In this document: positions 9,692 to 20,365 of the stretch, in pieces | Numbering within the stretch: position 1 is the stretch's first letter | Layout of the letters: each line of letters starts with the position of its first letter | Origin: Desulfomonilia bacterium | Lineage (GTDB): Bacteria; Desulfobacterota; Desulfomonilia; UBA1062 | Assembly: GCA_963664325.2 (NCBI GenBank) | Contig: CAXXDQ010000006.1 | Span: 102,815-166,814, forward strand | Length of the DNA: 64,000 nt | Direction of reading: 5' to 3' | Program-made: the position numbers and the translations under genes | Notes under the pieces: generated by a model | What the model was told of the DNA's origin: nothing | Database searches by the model: none | What the model saw: the letters and a program-made list of their open reading frames with translations, nothing else

Positions 9692-11097
9692 TGGGCGGTA
9701 CGGGATTCCATGTAATTCAGGGCATTCTTCAAGCGCGGAACAACTTTTGTCCCGAGGGTTGATATAATCTCGAATATTCCGGGAGAAGCGGTTTTACCTG
9801 TCAATGCAACCCTTATAGGCTGTGCGAGCTGCTTGAATTTGATGCCGCATTTTTCAAGGACATTTGAAAAAACATTCTCAGTCATCTTTCGGTCTGTAAG
9901 GTCAATTATATCAAGACCTGAGATCAATTCTCTGAAAACAGGTAACATCTCCGATGTCAGGAATTTTTCTTTCAACTCCGGCGCGGCGTCAATATCCCTG
10001 AAATAGAAGTCGCCAAAATCGATCATGTCTATTAACGTGTGAGTCCTCTCCCTTACATCTTCAACAACGTGTTCGAGAAAATTATCATTAACGGGATCGA
10101 GCCCGGCTTCAATGACAAACGGCATGAGAAGTCGTGCAAGCCTTTTCACATCACCTGTTTTAATATAATGGTGATTAAGCCAAAGCAGCTTTTCGGGATT
10201 AAACACTGCAGCGCTTCTGCCGACATTCTGGAGATCAAACAGCTGCACAAGCTCTTCCATCGAAAAAATCTCCATATCGCCGTGTGCCCAGGACAGCCTG
10301 ACAAGGTAATTTACAAGGGCTTCCGGAAGGTATCCCATTTCTTTGTAAGCCATTACGGATGTTGCACCGTGGCGCTTGGAGAGCCTTGTTTTATCGGAAC
10401 CCAAGATCATGGGGACATGTGCAAATACAGGAAGCCGGAAACCAAGGGCCTCATACAGTGCAATCTGGCGCGGGGTGTTGTTCACATGGTCGTCACCCCT
10501 GATGACATGGGTTATGTTCATGGTGGCATCGTCTATCACAACAGTAAAATTATAAGTGGGCATGTTGTCCGACCTGAGTATAATGAGATCGTCAAGTTCT
10601 GAATTATCGACACTGATCGTGCCTTTAATTACATCTTCAAAAGAAGTAATTCCTGACTTGGGCGATGCAAACCTGACAACACGGCCGGGTCCCGGGCCCA
10701 GGCCCTTGGTCCGGCATGTACCGTCATATTTGGGCTTTCCTCCTGTTTTGAGGGCTTCCTCACGCTTCCTTTCAAGATCTTCAGACGTGCACTCACACCA
10801 GAACGCACGGCCGTTTTCAATGAGCTTCTCCACATATTCCCTGTAAAGGTCGAGCCTTTTTGACTGATAGAATGGTCCTTCGTCCCAGTCGAGATTGAGC
10901 CACTCCATTGCCTGAAGGATCTTCTGTGTATATTCATCAGTCGAGCGCTCTGCATCCGTATCTTCGATTCTGAGTATGAATTTTCCGCCTGTATGCCTTG
11001 CATAAAGCCACGCGAAAAGAGCTGTCCTTGCGCCTCCTATATGGAGGTGCCCTGTCGGTGACGGGGCGAATCTTGTTCTTGTTTCCGACATGTTCAA
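9688..11097 (-). CDS. gltX: glutamate--tRNA ligase
   Basis: RFAPSPTG, HIGG (HIGH motif), LRIEDTD, LSKR (KMSKS motif). Confidence 0.97.
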   Translation of the reverse strand: MNMSETRTRFAPSPTGHLHIGGARTALFAWLYARHTGGKFILRIEDTDAERSTDEYTQKILQAMEWLNLDWDEGPFYQSKRLDLYREYVEKLIENGRAFWCECTSEDLERKREEALKTGGKPKYDGTCRTKGLGPGPGRVVRFASPKSGITSFEDVIKGTISVDNSELDDLIILRSDNMPTYNFTVVIDDATMNITHVIRGDDHVNNTPRQIALYEALGFRLPVFAHVPMILGSDKTRLSKRHGATSVMAYKEMGYLPEALVNYLVRLSWAHGDMEIFSMEELVQLFDLQNVGRSAAVFNPEKLLWLNHHYIKTGDVKRLARLLMPFVIEAGLDPVNDNFLEHVVEDVRERTHTLIDMIDFGDFYFRDIDAAPELKEKFLTSEMLPVFRELISGLDIIDLTDRKMTENVFSNVLEKCGIKFKQLAQPIRVALTGKTASPGIFEIISTLGTKVVPRLKNALNYMESRTAQ

Positions 11098-13010
11098 TTA
11101 CCCGCCCGCAATTTAATGTAGTTAAGAAGTCCGCCGGCCTTGAGCAAAGAGGCTTCCCTTTCCGAAACCGTGAGCTTTCCTTCAATATCTTTTCCGGATG
11201 ATAAGTTCACAATCTTTATCCGGCCGGCTCCGCCAAGCACGTCAAGTATGTTCGATATCCTGATTTTATCTCCATTGTTGATGGCTGAATAGGAACTCTC
11301 ATCGATCGTAACCGGCAATATGCCGAAATTGATCAGGTTGGCCCTGTGGATTCGGGCAAATGTTACCGCGAGAACGGCCTTTATGCCCAGATACATAGGA
11401 GCAATCGCGGCATGTTCACGGGAAGAACCCTGTCCGTAATTTTTTCTGGCCAGCACGCAGCCTGCTCCTGCGGTCATCGCTCTTTCAGAGAAATTATTAT
11501 CAATGCCGGAAAAAACGAATTTTGATATCTTTTCAATATTGGACCTGAGGGGCAATATTTTTGAACCTGCCGGCATTATGTCGTCTGTTGTAATGTTGTC
11601 TTCCAGCTTCAGCAGAACGCTCAAATCGAGAGAATCTTCCATCTGCCCTCTCTTGGGGAAGGGCTTTATATTGGGTCCCCTTGTAATAACGGTATTCCCA
11701 TCGGCAGAGGCAGGGATGATCATGGAATCATCAACTGAAAATGCGGCAGGCATTTTTATCTTCGGATAATCTCCCAGTTCTCCCGGATCTGTGATTGTTC
11801 CCGTAATTGCCGCAGCGACAGCCACTTCAGGGGATACCAGATAAACATCGGCGTCTTCTGTCCCCGAACGCCCCTTGAAGTTGCGGTTAAACGTCCTTAG
11901 CGAAACCCCTTTCGACCTTGGAGACTGGCCCATGCCGATGCATGGCCCGCAGGCACTCTCCAATACCCTTGCCCCGGATGCGATTATATCTGTCAGAGCA
12001 CCCTTTTCCGCAAGCATTGAAAGAACCTGTTTGGAACCCGGGGCTATACCCAGGCTTACATTTGGGTGGACAGATCTGCCCTTTAACACCGCCGCAACGG
12101 TAAGCATGTCCTTGAGCGATGAGTTGGTACATGAGCCTATGAGAACCTGATCAACCCTTTTACCTTTCAATGCTGAAATTTTCTCCACCCTGTCAGGGCT
12201 GTGGGGGCAAGCCGCAAGAGGTTCAAGCCGGCTGAGATCAATCTCGATTACTTCATCATAGGCGGCATCTTCATCTGCCTTGAGTTCAACCCATATTCCC
12301 CCTCTTTTCTGAGCCTTAAGAAAGGCCCTGGTGGTCTCGTCACTCGGAAATACAGATGAAGTTGCGCCGAGTTCGGCGCCCATATTGGTAATGGTCGCAC
12401 GTTCCGGGACGCTGAGGTTTTTAACGCCCGGCCCTGTGTATTCGATGATCTTTCCCACTCCGCCTTTGACGGTAAGCCTTTTCAGGATTTCAAGAATAAT
12501 GTCCTTGGCGCTGACCCAGGGCCTAAGGCTGCCTGAGAGCTTTATTCCTAGGGTTTCCGGTTTCGGGATATAAAAGGGCATTCCCGCCATTGCTGCGGCA
12601 ACATCAAGACCGCCCGCACCTATTGCCAGCATGCCTATGCCGCCGCCGGTCGGGGTATGGCTGTCTGAACCGAGCAGAGTTTTACCCGGAACGCCAAAGC
12701 GTTCCAGATGCACCTGATGGCATATGCCGTTCCCGGGTCTTGAAAAGCAGATGCCGTATTTTGCTGCAATGTCCTGCAGAAAACGGTGGTCATCCGCGTT
12801 TTCGAAACCGGTCTGGAGCGTATTGTGATCGACATAGCTCACCGAGAGCTCGGTTTTGACAGTGTCAATGCCGATGGCCTCGAATTCGAGATAAGCCATG
12901 GTACCCGTTGCATCCTGTGTGAGCGTCTGATCAATCCTCAATCCTATCTCGTCTGGAGTTTCATCAACCTTATGAGAATCAATAATCTTTTGTGCTATCG
13001 TACCGGCCAT
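11094..13010 (-). CDS. aconitate hydratase (short, ~640 aa type)
   Basis: TQDATG, DSHT, GSCTN, CGPCIG, NRNF, TTDDI, NYGQGSSREHA. Confidence 0.9.
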   Translation of the reverse strand: MAGTIAQKIIDSHKVDETPDEIGLRIDQTLTQDATGTMAYLEFEAIGIDTVKTELSVSYVDHNTLQTGFENADDHRFLQDIAAKYGICFSRPGNGICHQVHLERFGVPGKTLLGSDSHTPTGGGIGMLAIGAGGLDVAAAMAGMPFYIPKPETLGIKLSGSLRPWVSAKDIILEILKRLTVKGGVGKIIEYTGPGVKNLSVPERATITNMGAELGATSSVFPSDETTRAFLKAQKRGGIWVELKADEDAAYDEVIEIDLSRLEPLAACPHSPDRVEKISALKGKRVDQVLIGSCTNSSLKDMLTVAAVLKGRSVHPNVSLGIAPGSKQVLSMLAEKGALTDIIASGARVLESACGPCIGMGQSPRSKGVSLRTFNRNFKGRSGTEDADVYLVSPEVAVAAAITGTITDPGELGDYPKIKMPAAFSVDDSMIIPASADGNTVITRGPNIKPFPKRGQMEDSLDLSVLLKLEDNITTDDIMPAGSKILPLRSNIEKISKFVFSGIDNNFSERAMTAGAGCVLARKNYGQGSSREHAAIAPMYLGIKAVLAVTFARIHRANLINFGILPVTIDESSYSAINNGDKIRISNILDVLGGAGRIKIVNLSSGKDIEGKLTVSEREASLLKAGGLLNYIKLRAGN

Positions 13011-13099
13011 GATAACCTCTTAAATGGTTTAAAAAGTGAATTATGTCTAATTGATAAGGCTGATTGCGTCAATGACATTCGGGGATATTTTTTAAAGAC

Positions 13100-13127
13100 T
13101 ATAGTTTATTAAAAAGATGGCCGAAAA
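13100..13127 (+). promoter_or_regulatory. sigma28-like promoter
   Basis: TATA-N16-GCCGAAAA upstream of the phosphodiesterase gene. Confidence 0.35.
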
Positions 13128-13154
13128 GTACTTTAAACTATTGATGGGAAGGGT

Positions 13155-13898
13155 ATGAAGATAGAAATACTCGGATGCAGCGGCGCTGCAGCAAAGGGAT
13201 TTAATACTACAAGTATACTGATTAACCAGGAAGTGCTGATTGATGCCGGCTCTGCAGCCTCAGTGCTTGATGAAAAAAGACTGTCCGGCATCCGGCATAT
13301 CCTCTTGACCCATTCCCATATTGACCATATAAAAGAGCTCCCTTTCATACTTGACGTAGCATGCTTCGGAAAAGGGGAGGGTATCGATATCTGGGGAAGC
13401 GGTATCACACTGAATGCTTTAAGAAAACACCTGTTCAATGGAATATTATGGCCGAAGTTGAAACAGCTCGGGCTTGATAATTCTTCATGCAGGTTTATTA
13501 CTTTGCCGAAAGACGATTTTGATTTAAACGGGTTAGTTGTAAAAAGTTTTAAATCCGAACATATTAACGGGGCAAGGTCCTTTATGATTTCGGAAGGCGA
13601 CAAGCATGTAATATTCAGCGGGGATACCTCATATTTTCCGAGGCTCTTTAACCTGGCCGCTTCTCTTTCAGGAAGATTAAAATTATTTTTTGTTGAAACA
13701 TCATTTCCTGACAGGATGATTGAGGTGGCAAGACTTACTGGGCATCTGACCCCATCAATTATAGGCAGGGAACTGCACCGTTTCAAAAAGACAAGGATTA
13801 TTGCATACCATATAAAACCGCGTTATTTTGAAGAGGTGGCAAAGGATATGCCTGAAGGTATGGGATATGTAAAAGGAGGGGAGGTATTCAACATTTGA
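13155..13898 (+). CDS. class II 3',5'-cyclic nucleotide phosphodiesterase-like MBL hydrolase
   Basis: ILGCSG, DAGS, THSHIDHI, FNGILWP, ETSFP, GHLTP, YHIKP. Confidence 0.8.
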   Translation: MKIEILGCSGAAAKGFNTTSILINQEVLIDAGSAASVLDEKRLSGIRHILLTHSHIDHIKELPFILDVACFGKGEGIDIWGSGITLNALRKHLFNGILWPKLKQLGLDNSSCRFITLPKDDFDLNGLVVKSFKSEHINGARSFMISEGDKHVIFSGDTSYFPRLFNLAASLSGRLKLFFVETSFPDRMIEVARLTGHLTPSIIGRELHRFKKTRIIAYHIKPRYFEEVAKDMPEGMGYVKGGEVFNI

Positions 13899-14632
13899 CG
13901 GAAATTCTTGATATAGCAAAAAAAGACGGAAGATGGACTGAATGTCCGTCCTGCAAGGAAATAAGCATAACATCGAAACTCAAAGAAAACCTCTACATCT
14001 GTCCGCACTGTGACTTCCATTTCAGGGTCAGTCCGCAAGACCGTATTATGATGACATGCGGCAGCGGCGGATTCAATGAAATCGAGTTTTCCTTGTCGGG
14101 TTCAGGCCTTTCCGAAAGGGAAGAAGGTTTCAGGGGCTACAAGGCATCAATTAAAGGGCAGGAATGCGTTATCGGTATAATGGATTTCAGTTTTATGGGA
14201 GGCACCATGGGAACGGCCCTCGGACAGGCTGTTATAGCCATGCTGGAATTTTCAAGCAGGGAAAAAACTCCTGCAGTCGTATTCTGCGCATCGGGCGGGG
14301 TCAGGGTACAGGAAGGCATATGGGGCCTGATGCAGATGTTGAGAACCGTATGCAGAAAAAATATGTCAAACACGCCTCTGATAACTGTTTATACGGATCC
14401 CTGTTATGGCGGGGTCACGGCAAGTTTCTCGTCTCATGCTGATTTTATTATCGCCGAGCAGGGCGCAAGGATCGGCTTTGCAGGGCCGAGAGTAATTGAG
14501 ACTACGACGCATGCGGAACTCCCGGAAGATTTTCAGACGGCATCCCGCATGCTTTCGAACGGTTTTATAGATGCAGTTGTACACAGGCGTGATTTACCGC
14601 AGACCCTCTCGAATATCCTAAGATGGCTTTAA
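13895..14632 (+). CDS. accD: acetyl-CoA carboxylase carboxyltransferase beta subunit
   Basis: Zn ribbon CPSC...CPHC, FMGGTMG, ASGGVRVQEG, GGVTASF, IGFAGPRVIE. Confidence 0.9.
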   Translation: MTEILDIAKKDGRWTECPSCKEISITSKLKENLYICPHCDFHFRVSPQDRIMMTCGSGGFNEIEFSLSGSGLSEREEGFRGYKASIKGQECVIGIMDFSFMGGTMGTALGQAVIAMLEFSSREKTPAVVFCASGGVRVQEGIWGLMQMLRTVCRKNMSNTPLITVYTDPCYGGVTASFSSHADFIIAEQGARIGFAGPRVIETTTHAELPEDFQTASRMLSNGFIDAVVHRRDLPQTLSNILRWL

Positions 14633-15783
14633 ACAATATTGACCAGAACCGGTGGATTCCCGGTCTGGAGCGGGTCAAGAAAGCCCTTGATATCCTGGGT
14701 CACCCTGAAAGAAGCTACCGTCATGTCCTTATCGGAGGCACTAACGGAAAAGGGTCCACATGCATATATCTGGAACGTCTGCTGATTGAGGCGGGCCGGA
14801 AAACAGGTGTCACAATGTCACCTCATATAAGCAATTATACGGAAAGGTTCAGGCTCAATGGACGGGATTCGACACAAAAGGAAATCGAAGACACTGAAGT
14901 GGAAATATTTCCCCTGATTAAAGAAATCGGTCTTACATATTTTGAAATGACGGTTGTTCTGGCCGCCCGGCTTTTTCAAAAATCCGGTGTGGATGTCGGT
15001 ATTTTCGAGATCGGGCTTGGAGGCAGGCTTGATGCTGCAAACGTACTTGATCCCTGTCTTTCAATAATAACAAATATTTCACTGGATCATACGGATTACC
15101 TGGGATCAGGTATACCTGACATCGCAGCGGAGAAGGCCGCCATTGCAAGAAGCGGCAGGCCGCTTATAACGTCGGCTGAAGAGGGGCTTGATGTTATAAA
15201 AAATTATTCAGAAAAGATCGGTTCAGAATTAATAATCGTAGATCGGCCAGCAGGTTTCAAAGCCGGAATTGAGGGTCTTTATCAGCCCCTCAATGCTTCT
15301 CTTGCAATACGGGCTTTTAAAGAGCTTGGCTTCGAACTTGATGAAGAAAGTACAAAATCCGCCATCGGCAATTCCTGGCTTGCCGGAAGGATTGAACATG
15401 CAGGCAGGGTCATACTAGATGTAGCACACAACAGCGCTTCTATGTTATGCCTGTGCGAGTATCTCCGGGAAAGGAAATTTGCAGGCATCGGAGTGCTGGG
15501 CATCCTGAAGGATAAAGATTTCACAACTATGACCAAGATGCTTTCAGGGGTTTGTTCCAGGATTTATATTGCTCCTCCTGATTCGCCCAGGTCATGGGGA
15601 AAAACAGAAATGGAGCAGGTTGCCGGGATGGAGGCTGTTCATGTGTTTCCTTCCCTGACGGACGCTTTTAACGAAGCATACAATATGTCCGAAGAGGTTG
15701 TTGTAACAGGTTCATTCTATACTGTGAGCGAAATAAGGGAACGTTTGATATGCAAAGGCTGGCTTATTTATGGGCAATCCTGA
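14623..15783 (+). CDS. folC: bifunctional folylpolyglutamate/dihydrofolate synthase
   Basis: GGTNGKGS, SPH, TYFE, EIGLGGRLDA, DVAHN, TGSFY. Confidence 0.93.
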   Translation: MALNNIDQNRWIPGLERVKKALDILGHPERSYRHVLIGGTNGKGSTCIYLERLLIEAGRKTGVTMSPHISNYTERFRLNGRDSTQKEIEDTEVEIFPLIKEIGLTYFEMTVVLAARLFQKSGVDVGIFEIGLGGRLDAANVLDPCLSIITNISLDHTDYLGSGIPDIAAEKAAIARSGRPLITSAEEGLDVIKNYSEKIGSELIIVDRPAGFKAGIEGLYQPLNASLAIRAFKELGFELDEESTKSAIGNSWLAGRIEHAGRVILDVAHNSASMLCLCEYLRERKFAGIGVLGILKDKDFTTMTKMLSGVCSRIYIAPPDSPRSWGKTEMEQVAGMEAVHVFPSLTDAFNEAYNMSEEVVVTGSFYTVSEIRERLICKGWLIYGQS

Positions 15784-17882
15784 TATTTTTTATTATGCCG
15801 GTATGTCTTTTCGGCGAAGAGCTCGATATCGAAGCCGATAAGGTTGAGAAGTCCGGCAACAGAATTGAAGCCTCGGGAAATGTTGCCGTCAGAAGTAAAG
15901 ACGGCATGACTCTGACTTGCAATTACATGAATTATGACTCTGTAAGCAATGATATATCGGCATCCGGAGATTGCTATCTGAAAGACCCCAAGGGGGAAAT
16001 CAGGGCGGAATCCGTTACATACAATACCAGGAGAAAAGATGCATATGTAACTGACGGGTATGTCTATGGATATGAGGAACCCTTTAAAATCTGGGGCAGC
16101 AAGATCACCCGTTACAGCAACAACGTGTACCTTGGGGACAAGATAAGATACAGCCCCTGCACATCGGAAACACCCTCATGGTCTATCAAGGCAGGCCACC
16201 TTGATGTCCCTGTCGAAGGATACGGTAAGGCGAAACATGCCTGGTTTTACGTGCGAGATGTGCCTGTCTTTTATTTCCCCTATTTTTACTTTCCAGCAAA
16301 ACTGGAAAGACAGACAGGTGTTTTGTTCCCGAAGGTAGGCAGTATGAGCGACACGGGGCTGTATGGCGGCCTGCCCGTGTATATTACACTCGGCCGCTCG
16401 GCTGACGTGACATTAACCCCGACATGGCTGGAAAAGCGCGGATTGCTCATGGCAGGTGAACTGAGATATGTACTGGATTATAAGAAAAAGGGTTTTCTGT
16501 ATCTAGAAGGATTGAGGGACAAATGGGGGGGGGACGTCTCGGATTCGGGCGTTGAGCCCATCGTGCCATACAGCAGGTGGTATATCAAGGCGAGTAATAC
16601 CGGCGGTGATCTGACCTGGAATATAAATCTGCCCAGCAATTCCGATTATTTCAGAGACATAGGACCGCTTTACCCGTTTGAGAGTGATCAGAATTCATTC
16701 TGGATCGGAGAACAGCAGAGCAGGACAGAGGAGGCAGTATCCCGGATGGAATGGCTCAAGACTTACGGCAAGTTTACATTTGATGTTGCCGGCCAGTGGA
16801 AAAAGGATCTGACAACTCCTGATAACAGCTACACTATCCAGCAGCTTCCAAACGCCAGGATCAAGATGTCCCAGTTGAAAATTCCAAAGACCCCACTCTA
16901 CATTTCTGCCGATATCAATTCCATATATGTCTATTCAGAGAATTCAGCCCAGGGTATAAAAGATTATGCAAATGCCGAACTGTCCCTTCCGATCAATCTT
17001 TTACCCTATGTCACCATCAGGCCCTTTTACCAGGAGATTTACAGGGATACGCACTTCAAGCAGAAAGGGCCTTCATATGAGGATTTTGACAGCGATATAG
17101 AGGAAAACTGGAATAAAAGAGGGATTACTCTTACATCATCCGTGTATAGCCCCAGGTTTTACAAAGAATGGTACCATCAAATGGTCCCGTCGATCGACTG
17201 GACAGGCTTGTGGAAATTTAACGGCAATTACAGTGTGCCGCCCGGTGACCCGAACTATCCGTATCCGATAATCCTTTCCGATGACGGATGGCAGAAAACA
17301 GATGATATCAAGCCCGCTCTTTCGAATTACATCAGGGATGAAAACGGCAACTCAATCCTGGAACTGACGCTCAACAGGACATACAGCTTTGTAAATGAGG
17401 ATTGGGGATACTATAATGGCATATTCAGGTTCAGTCCATGGCCCTGGTTCTATTTTGAACATACCAACACTTTCGGAGAAGACGAGCATAACGCGTTCAT
17501 ATCACAGCAGAACAAGACAAGGCTTTATTTTGTCGACAAGAGGACAGATGAATTAACCCTGACCTCCGAATATCTGAGGCCCGCGGAAGGCGACAATGCA
17601 AACAACCTCTATGGAAATGCAAAGCTTTATATTCTGGGAGGGCTGTGGCTGTTTTTTGAAGGCAAGTATAACTTTGCAGACGACAGGTTTGAATTCTTCA
17701 GGCAGGGGATCGACTACCAGTCCCAGTGCTGGGGAATAACGGGTTCCGTGCAGGTCGAACCGTCATATAACCTGGATGAAACGCAAACCGTACCGACAAA
17801 GACGACATTCGCCCTGACAGTTAAATTACTCGGCCTCGGGGACATATCCGGCAAGCACAGTGAAACAGCCGGAGGGAATTGA
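15750..17882 (+). CDS. lptD: LPS assembly outer-membrane protein LptD
   Basis: Signal peptide, beta-jellyroll N-terminus, YSPC...W, PVFYFPY, RQTG.LFP, C-terminal YQSQCW; follows folC. Confidence 0.85.
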   Translation: MQRLAYLWAILIFFIMPVCLFGEELDIEADKVEKSGNRIEASGNVAVRSKDGMTLTCNYMNYDSVSNDISASGDCYLKDPKGEIRAESVTYNTRRKDAYVTDGYVYGYEEPFKIWGSKITRYSNNVYLGDKIRYSPCTSETPSWSIKAGHLDVPVEGYGKAKHAWFYVRDVPVFYFPYFYFPAKLERQTGVLFPKVGSMSDTGLYGGLPVYITLGRSADVTLTPTWLEKRGLLMAGELRYVLDYKKKGFLYLEGLRDKWGGDVSDSGVEPIVPYSRWYIKASNTGGDLTWNINLPSNSDYFRDIGPLYPFESDQNSFWIGEQQSRTEEAVSRMEWLKTYGKFTFDVAGQWKKDLTTPDNSYTIQQLPNARIKMSQLKIPKTPLYISADINSIYVYSENSAQGIKDYANAELSLPINLLPYVTIRPFYQEIYRDTHFKQKGPSYEDFDSDIEENWNKRGITLTSSVYSPRFYKEWYHQMVPSIDWTGLWKFNGNYSVPPGDPNYPYPIILSDDGWQKTDDIKPALSNYIRDENGNSILELTLNRTYSFVNEDWGYYNGIFRFSPWPWFYFEHTNTFGEDEHNAFISQQNKTRLYFVDKRTDELTLTSEYLRPAEGDNANNLYGNAKLYILGGLWLFFEGKYNFADDRFEFFRQGIDYQSQCWGITGSVQVEPSYNLDETQTVPTKTTFALTVKLLGLGDISGKHSETAGGN

Positions 17883-18436
17883 TAATAGTGATCCCTTCTA
17901 GAAAATGGGCATATGACCTCATACGGCTGAAGCAGATGCCGGAGCATATCTTCAATCACAGCAGGACCGTGGAAAGCATAGCCATGATGATAGCTTCTCA
18001 TCTGCAGGATAAAATCAATATCAGGCTTGTTGGGATGGGGGCTCTGCTTCATGATATCTGTAAAATTGATTCGATCCATACGGGACAGGACCACGCAAGA
18101 ATGGGAGGCAGGCTTCTTGATATACTTGATTGCCCAGAACTGGCCTCAATTGTCAGGCAGCATGTGAACCTCGAGTCTGATGAACTTAATGAGGCCATGA
18201 TTGTAAACTATGCGGACAAAAGGGTCATGCATGAAGAAGTGGTGTCACTTTCGAGACGTTATACGGATTTGATGGAAAGATACGGAAAAGATGAAAAAAG
18301 GCAGGAACGGATATTTAATCTGTATGCAAAAAGCCTTGAAAACGAAAAAATTATAATCAAGGCGACAGGGATCAATATCGAGGAGCTGGACTATCTGACC
18401 CTGATAAAGGGAGATGTTTCTCTAAGCTCTGATTAA
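17879..18436 (+). CDS. HD-domain metal-dependent phosphohydrolase
   Basis: HS..V, LLHDICK, HARMG, YADKRV. Confidence 0.8.
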   Translation: MIIVIPSRKWAYDLIRLKQMPEHIFNHSRTVESIAMMIASHLQDKINIRLVGMGALLHDICKIDSIHTGQDHARMGGRLLDILDCPELASIVRQHVNLESDELNEAMIVNYADKRVMHEEVVSLSRRYTDLMERYGKDEKRQERIFNLYAKSLENEKIIIKATGINIEELDYLTLIKGDVSLSSD

Positions 18437-18495
18437 AATACCGGTACACAAGACAGAGTTTCTCAATCATCGACAACAAGAATCTGTTCAGGCTT

Positions 18496-19245
18496 TCATT
18501 TATCTTCCAGCCTTCGAAGTGCCATAACAAGGGATGTCCTTATCCGTATGAATGAATCTGTGAAAACCGCCAGTTCCTTTCCCTTTGATACAGGCGGCTC
18601 GGCATTCAGGTTGCCAAGGCTCAGGGCCTTCATGCTTTTAGAAAATTTTGATAAATAGCCGGCTACCGCCAAGGTTGTTAAAAATGACAGGACAATGGAT
18701 ATCAGTATGCCGATAACGGCCATAATAATTAAATTTCTATATATATCCGAAGACATATTATTCATTGCGTCGAATTGAGAGCCGATAAGATTTTTTTCCC
18801 ATGTTTTTGGCTTCAGTCCGATAATGAAAGTATTTGCCTGATACGGGACGACAGCAACTATGTAGTCTTTTGATCTGATTACAGCCGGTTTCATGCTCTT
18901 CATCTGCCCCAGAATCGCTTTCGCCTGGTCGAGCAGACCGGGGATGGTATAAATATATTTTCCTTTGCTGCTTTTGTTGGTCGATGCAAGTATTGCAAGA
19001 TCGTCTGAATTCACAGTCATTATTTCCGCCCATGATGAAGGCAGTTTAAGGTTTTCATAAGACGAAGGCGGTACTAGATTGATGATCGAGGACATGATCT
19101 GGGAATTTTCATTATAGAGCTTTTCGGTGATACCATCCGTATTTATTCTTTTGATTGACGACATTTCGAGAAGAACGGCAGTTAAGGATCCTGCAAGTAC
19201 AAGAATAAAACCCGCCAGGGAAGTGATGAATATTTTTTTCTTCAT
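18496..19245 (-). CDS. membrane protein: periplasmic domain plus a C-terminal HAMP-like segment, no output domain
   Basis: Two hydrophobic helices; ends LSLGNL...ELAVFTDSFIRIRTSLVMALRRL. Confidence 0.7.
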   Translation of the reverse strand: MKKKIFITSLAGFILVLAGSLTAVLLEMSSIKRINTDGITEKLYNENSQIMSSIINLVPPSSYENLKLPSSWAEIMTVNSDDLAILASTNKSSKGKYIYTIPGLLDQAKAILGQMKSMKPAVIRSKDYIVAVVPYQANTFIIGLKPKTWEKNLIGSQFDAMNNMSSDIYRNLIIMAVIGILISIVLSFLTTLAVAGYLSKFSKSMKALSLGNLNAEPPVSKGKELAVFTDSFIRIRTSLVMALRRLEDK

Positions 19246-20072
19246 GATTGACCATCTCCGGGCTTCAGCCAGCCTTCCATTTTACTCAGGAAACTCTTTG
19301 CGAGTTTCCCTTCGGGCATTTTGGAGTGCAGTTTTTTTACAAACGCTTCGCGCTGAACGATGTCTTCGTTTGAAATATCCAGGCCTGTTTCGGATACAGT
19401 CTCAAGAATTATGTGGGGTGCCACCGGCCCTATTGCCATTGTCAGGTTTTCGATGAGCGCTGATACGTACGGGGTGTCCGGCAGCTCTGTTTTGTGTTCC
19501 CTGGGCGAAGGTTCCTTCTTTTCAGGTTCTATTTTTTCAGCTTCTTTGATAACTCCAAGTCTGAAAAGTGTATAGAATACCTTCATTACATCCGAGTCTG
19601 TCACCCCAAGAGATTTGGCGATCTGTGAGATGGACTTTTCCCCGTCTATTTGGGTAAGTATCTTCCACTGGATTGCCTTCAATACTATCTCTTTCTCCCG
19701 GATCTCGGGATCGAGCGAAAAGACCACATTTGCAGAAGGTATGAGGGAAGCTATTTTATCCATCTGCTTGATCCTGGTCTCGGTCTCCCTGAGGATATCC
19801 TCCGTCGGCTGGTTGATGGTTATTAAATCGGTTGATTCGTCAATAAAAAATTTATAGCTGCCCGATGACCAGGCGGCCATTTCATATATCGCTTTTACAC
19901 CTTCGAGCTGACCGCATTTTGCATGAACCAGCCTGCCGTCATTGAAATAGACTGACCCCGTTTCGGATCCGCTGGTGAGCAGCAGCCTGCCGCCCCTTTT
20001 CCCCAGGGAAAGGATCTTTATAATTTCAGAACACCTGCTGGTCTCAAGGTCGCCCTGAAGATCTTCACTCAT
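19242..20072 (-). CDS. DUF4388 (PATAN-like) domain protein with wHTH
   Basis: LQGDL...IIKILSLGKRGG.L...G.VYF.DG.LVHA...W..G.Y.F; WKILTQIDGEKSISQIA; C-terminal AIGPVA motif. Confidence 0.85.
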   Translation of the reverse strand: MSEDLQGDLETSRCSEIIKILSLGKRGGRLLLTSGSETGSVYFNDGRLVHAKCGQLEGVKAIYEMAAWSSGSYKFFIDESTDLITINQPTEDILRETETRIKQMDKIASLIPSANVVFSLDPEIREKEIVLKAIQWKILTQIDGEKSISQIAKSLGVTDSDVMKVFYTLFRLGVIKEAEKIEPEKKEPSPREHKTELPDTPYVSALIENLTMAIGPVAPHIILETVSETGLDISNEDIVQREAFVKKLHSKMPEGKLAKSFLSKMEGWLKPGDGQS

Positions 20073-20254
20073 ACAATACCCTCCTTGGTCAGGTCGGCAT
20101 AAATAATTTTATCTGTAATCCTGACGGAGAAATGTTCTTTAATGCTTTTTATGCTAAGTCCAGAATCAGGTTTGATCCGGACACTGTTGCTTCCTGCAAA
20201 GATCGAATCCGGCATTTCCGGTATTTTTAAAGGGTTTTTGTGTGTCCCGTTCAT
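20069..20254 (-). CDS. small hypothetical protein
   Basis: Overlaps the DUF4388 start by 4 nt; ATG lies just downstream of a sigma28-like promoter. Confidence 0.35.
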   Translation of the reverse strand: MNGTHKNPLKIPEMPDSIFAGSNSVRIKPDSGLSIKSIKEHFSVRITDKIIYADLTKEGIV

Positions 20255-20264
20255 ACAAAAGAGC

Positions 20265-20292
20265 GTATCGGCAGCAAAAAACCAAGTCTTTA
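20265..20292 (-). promoter_or_regulatory. sigma28-like promoter (leftward)
   Basis: TAAA-N16-GCCGATAC. Confidence 0.55.
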
Positions 20293-20318
20293 GCCTGTTA
20301 TTTTATTAAATGTAACCG

Positions 20319-20345
20319 TAAAGCAAAATATCATTGCGCCGATAA
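20319..20345 (+). promoter_or_regulatory. sigma28 (FliA) consensus promoter (rightward)
   Basis: Exact TAAA-N15-GCCGATAA. Confidence 0.7.
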
Positions 20346-20365
20346 GTTTTATAGAAGGAGTTGGC

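Noticed and set aside
13133-13786. 217-aa minus-strand ORF and the many other overlapping antisense ORFs in the track
   Set aside because: They overlap well-supported genes on the opposite strand and have no motifs or RBS
16525-16533. G9 tract in lptD as a phase-variation switch
   Set aside because: In frame within a normally essential gene; no evidence of variation
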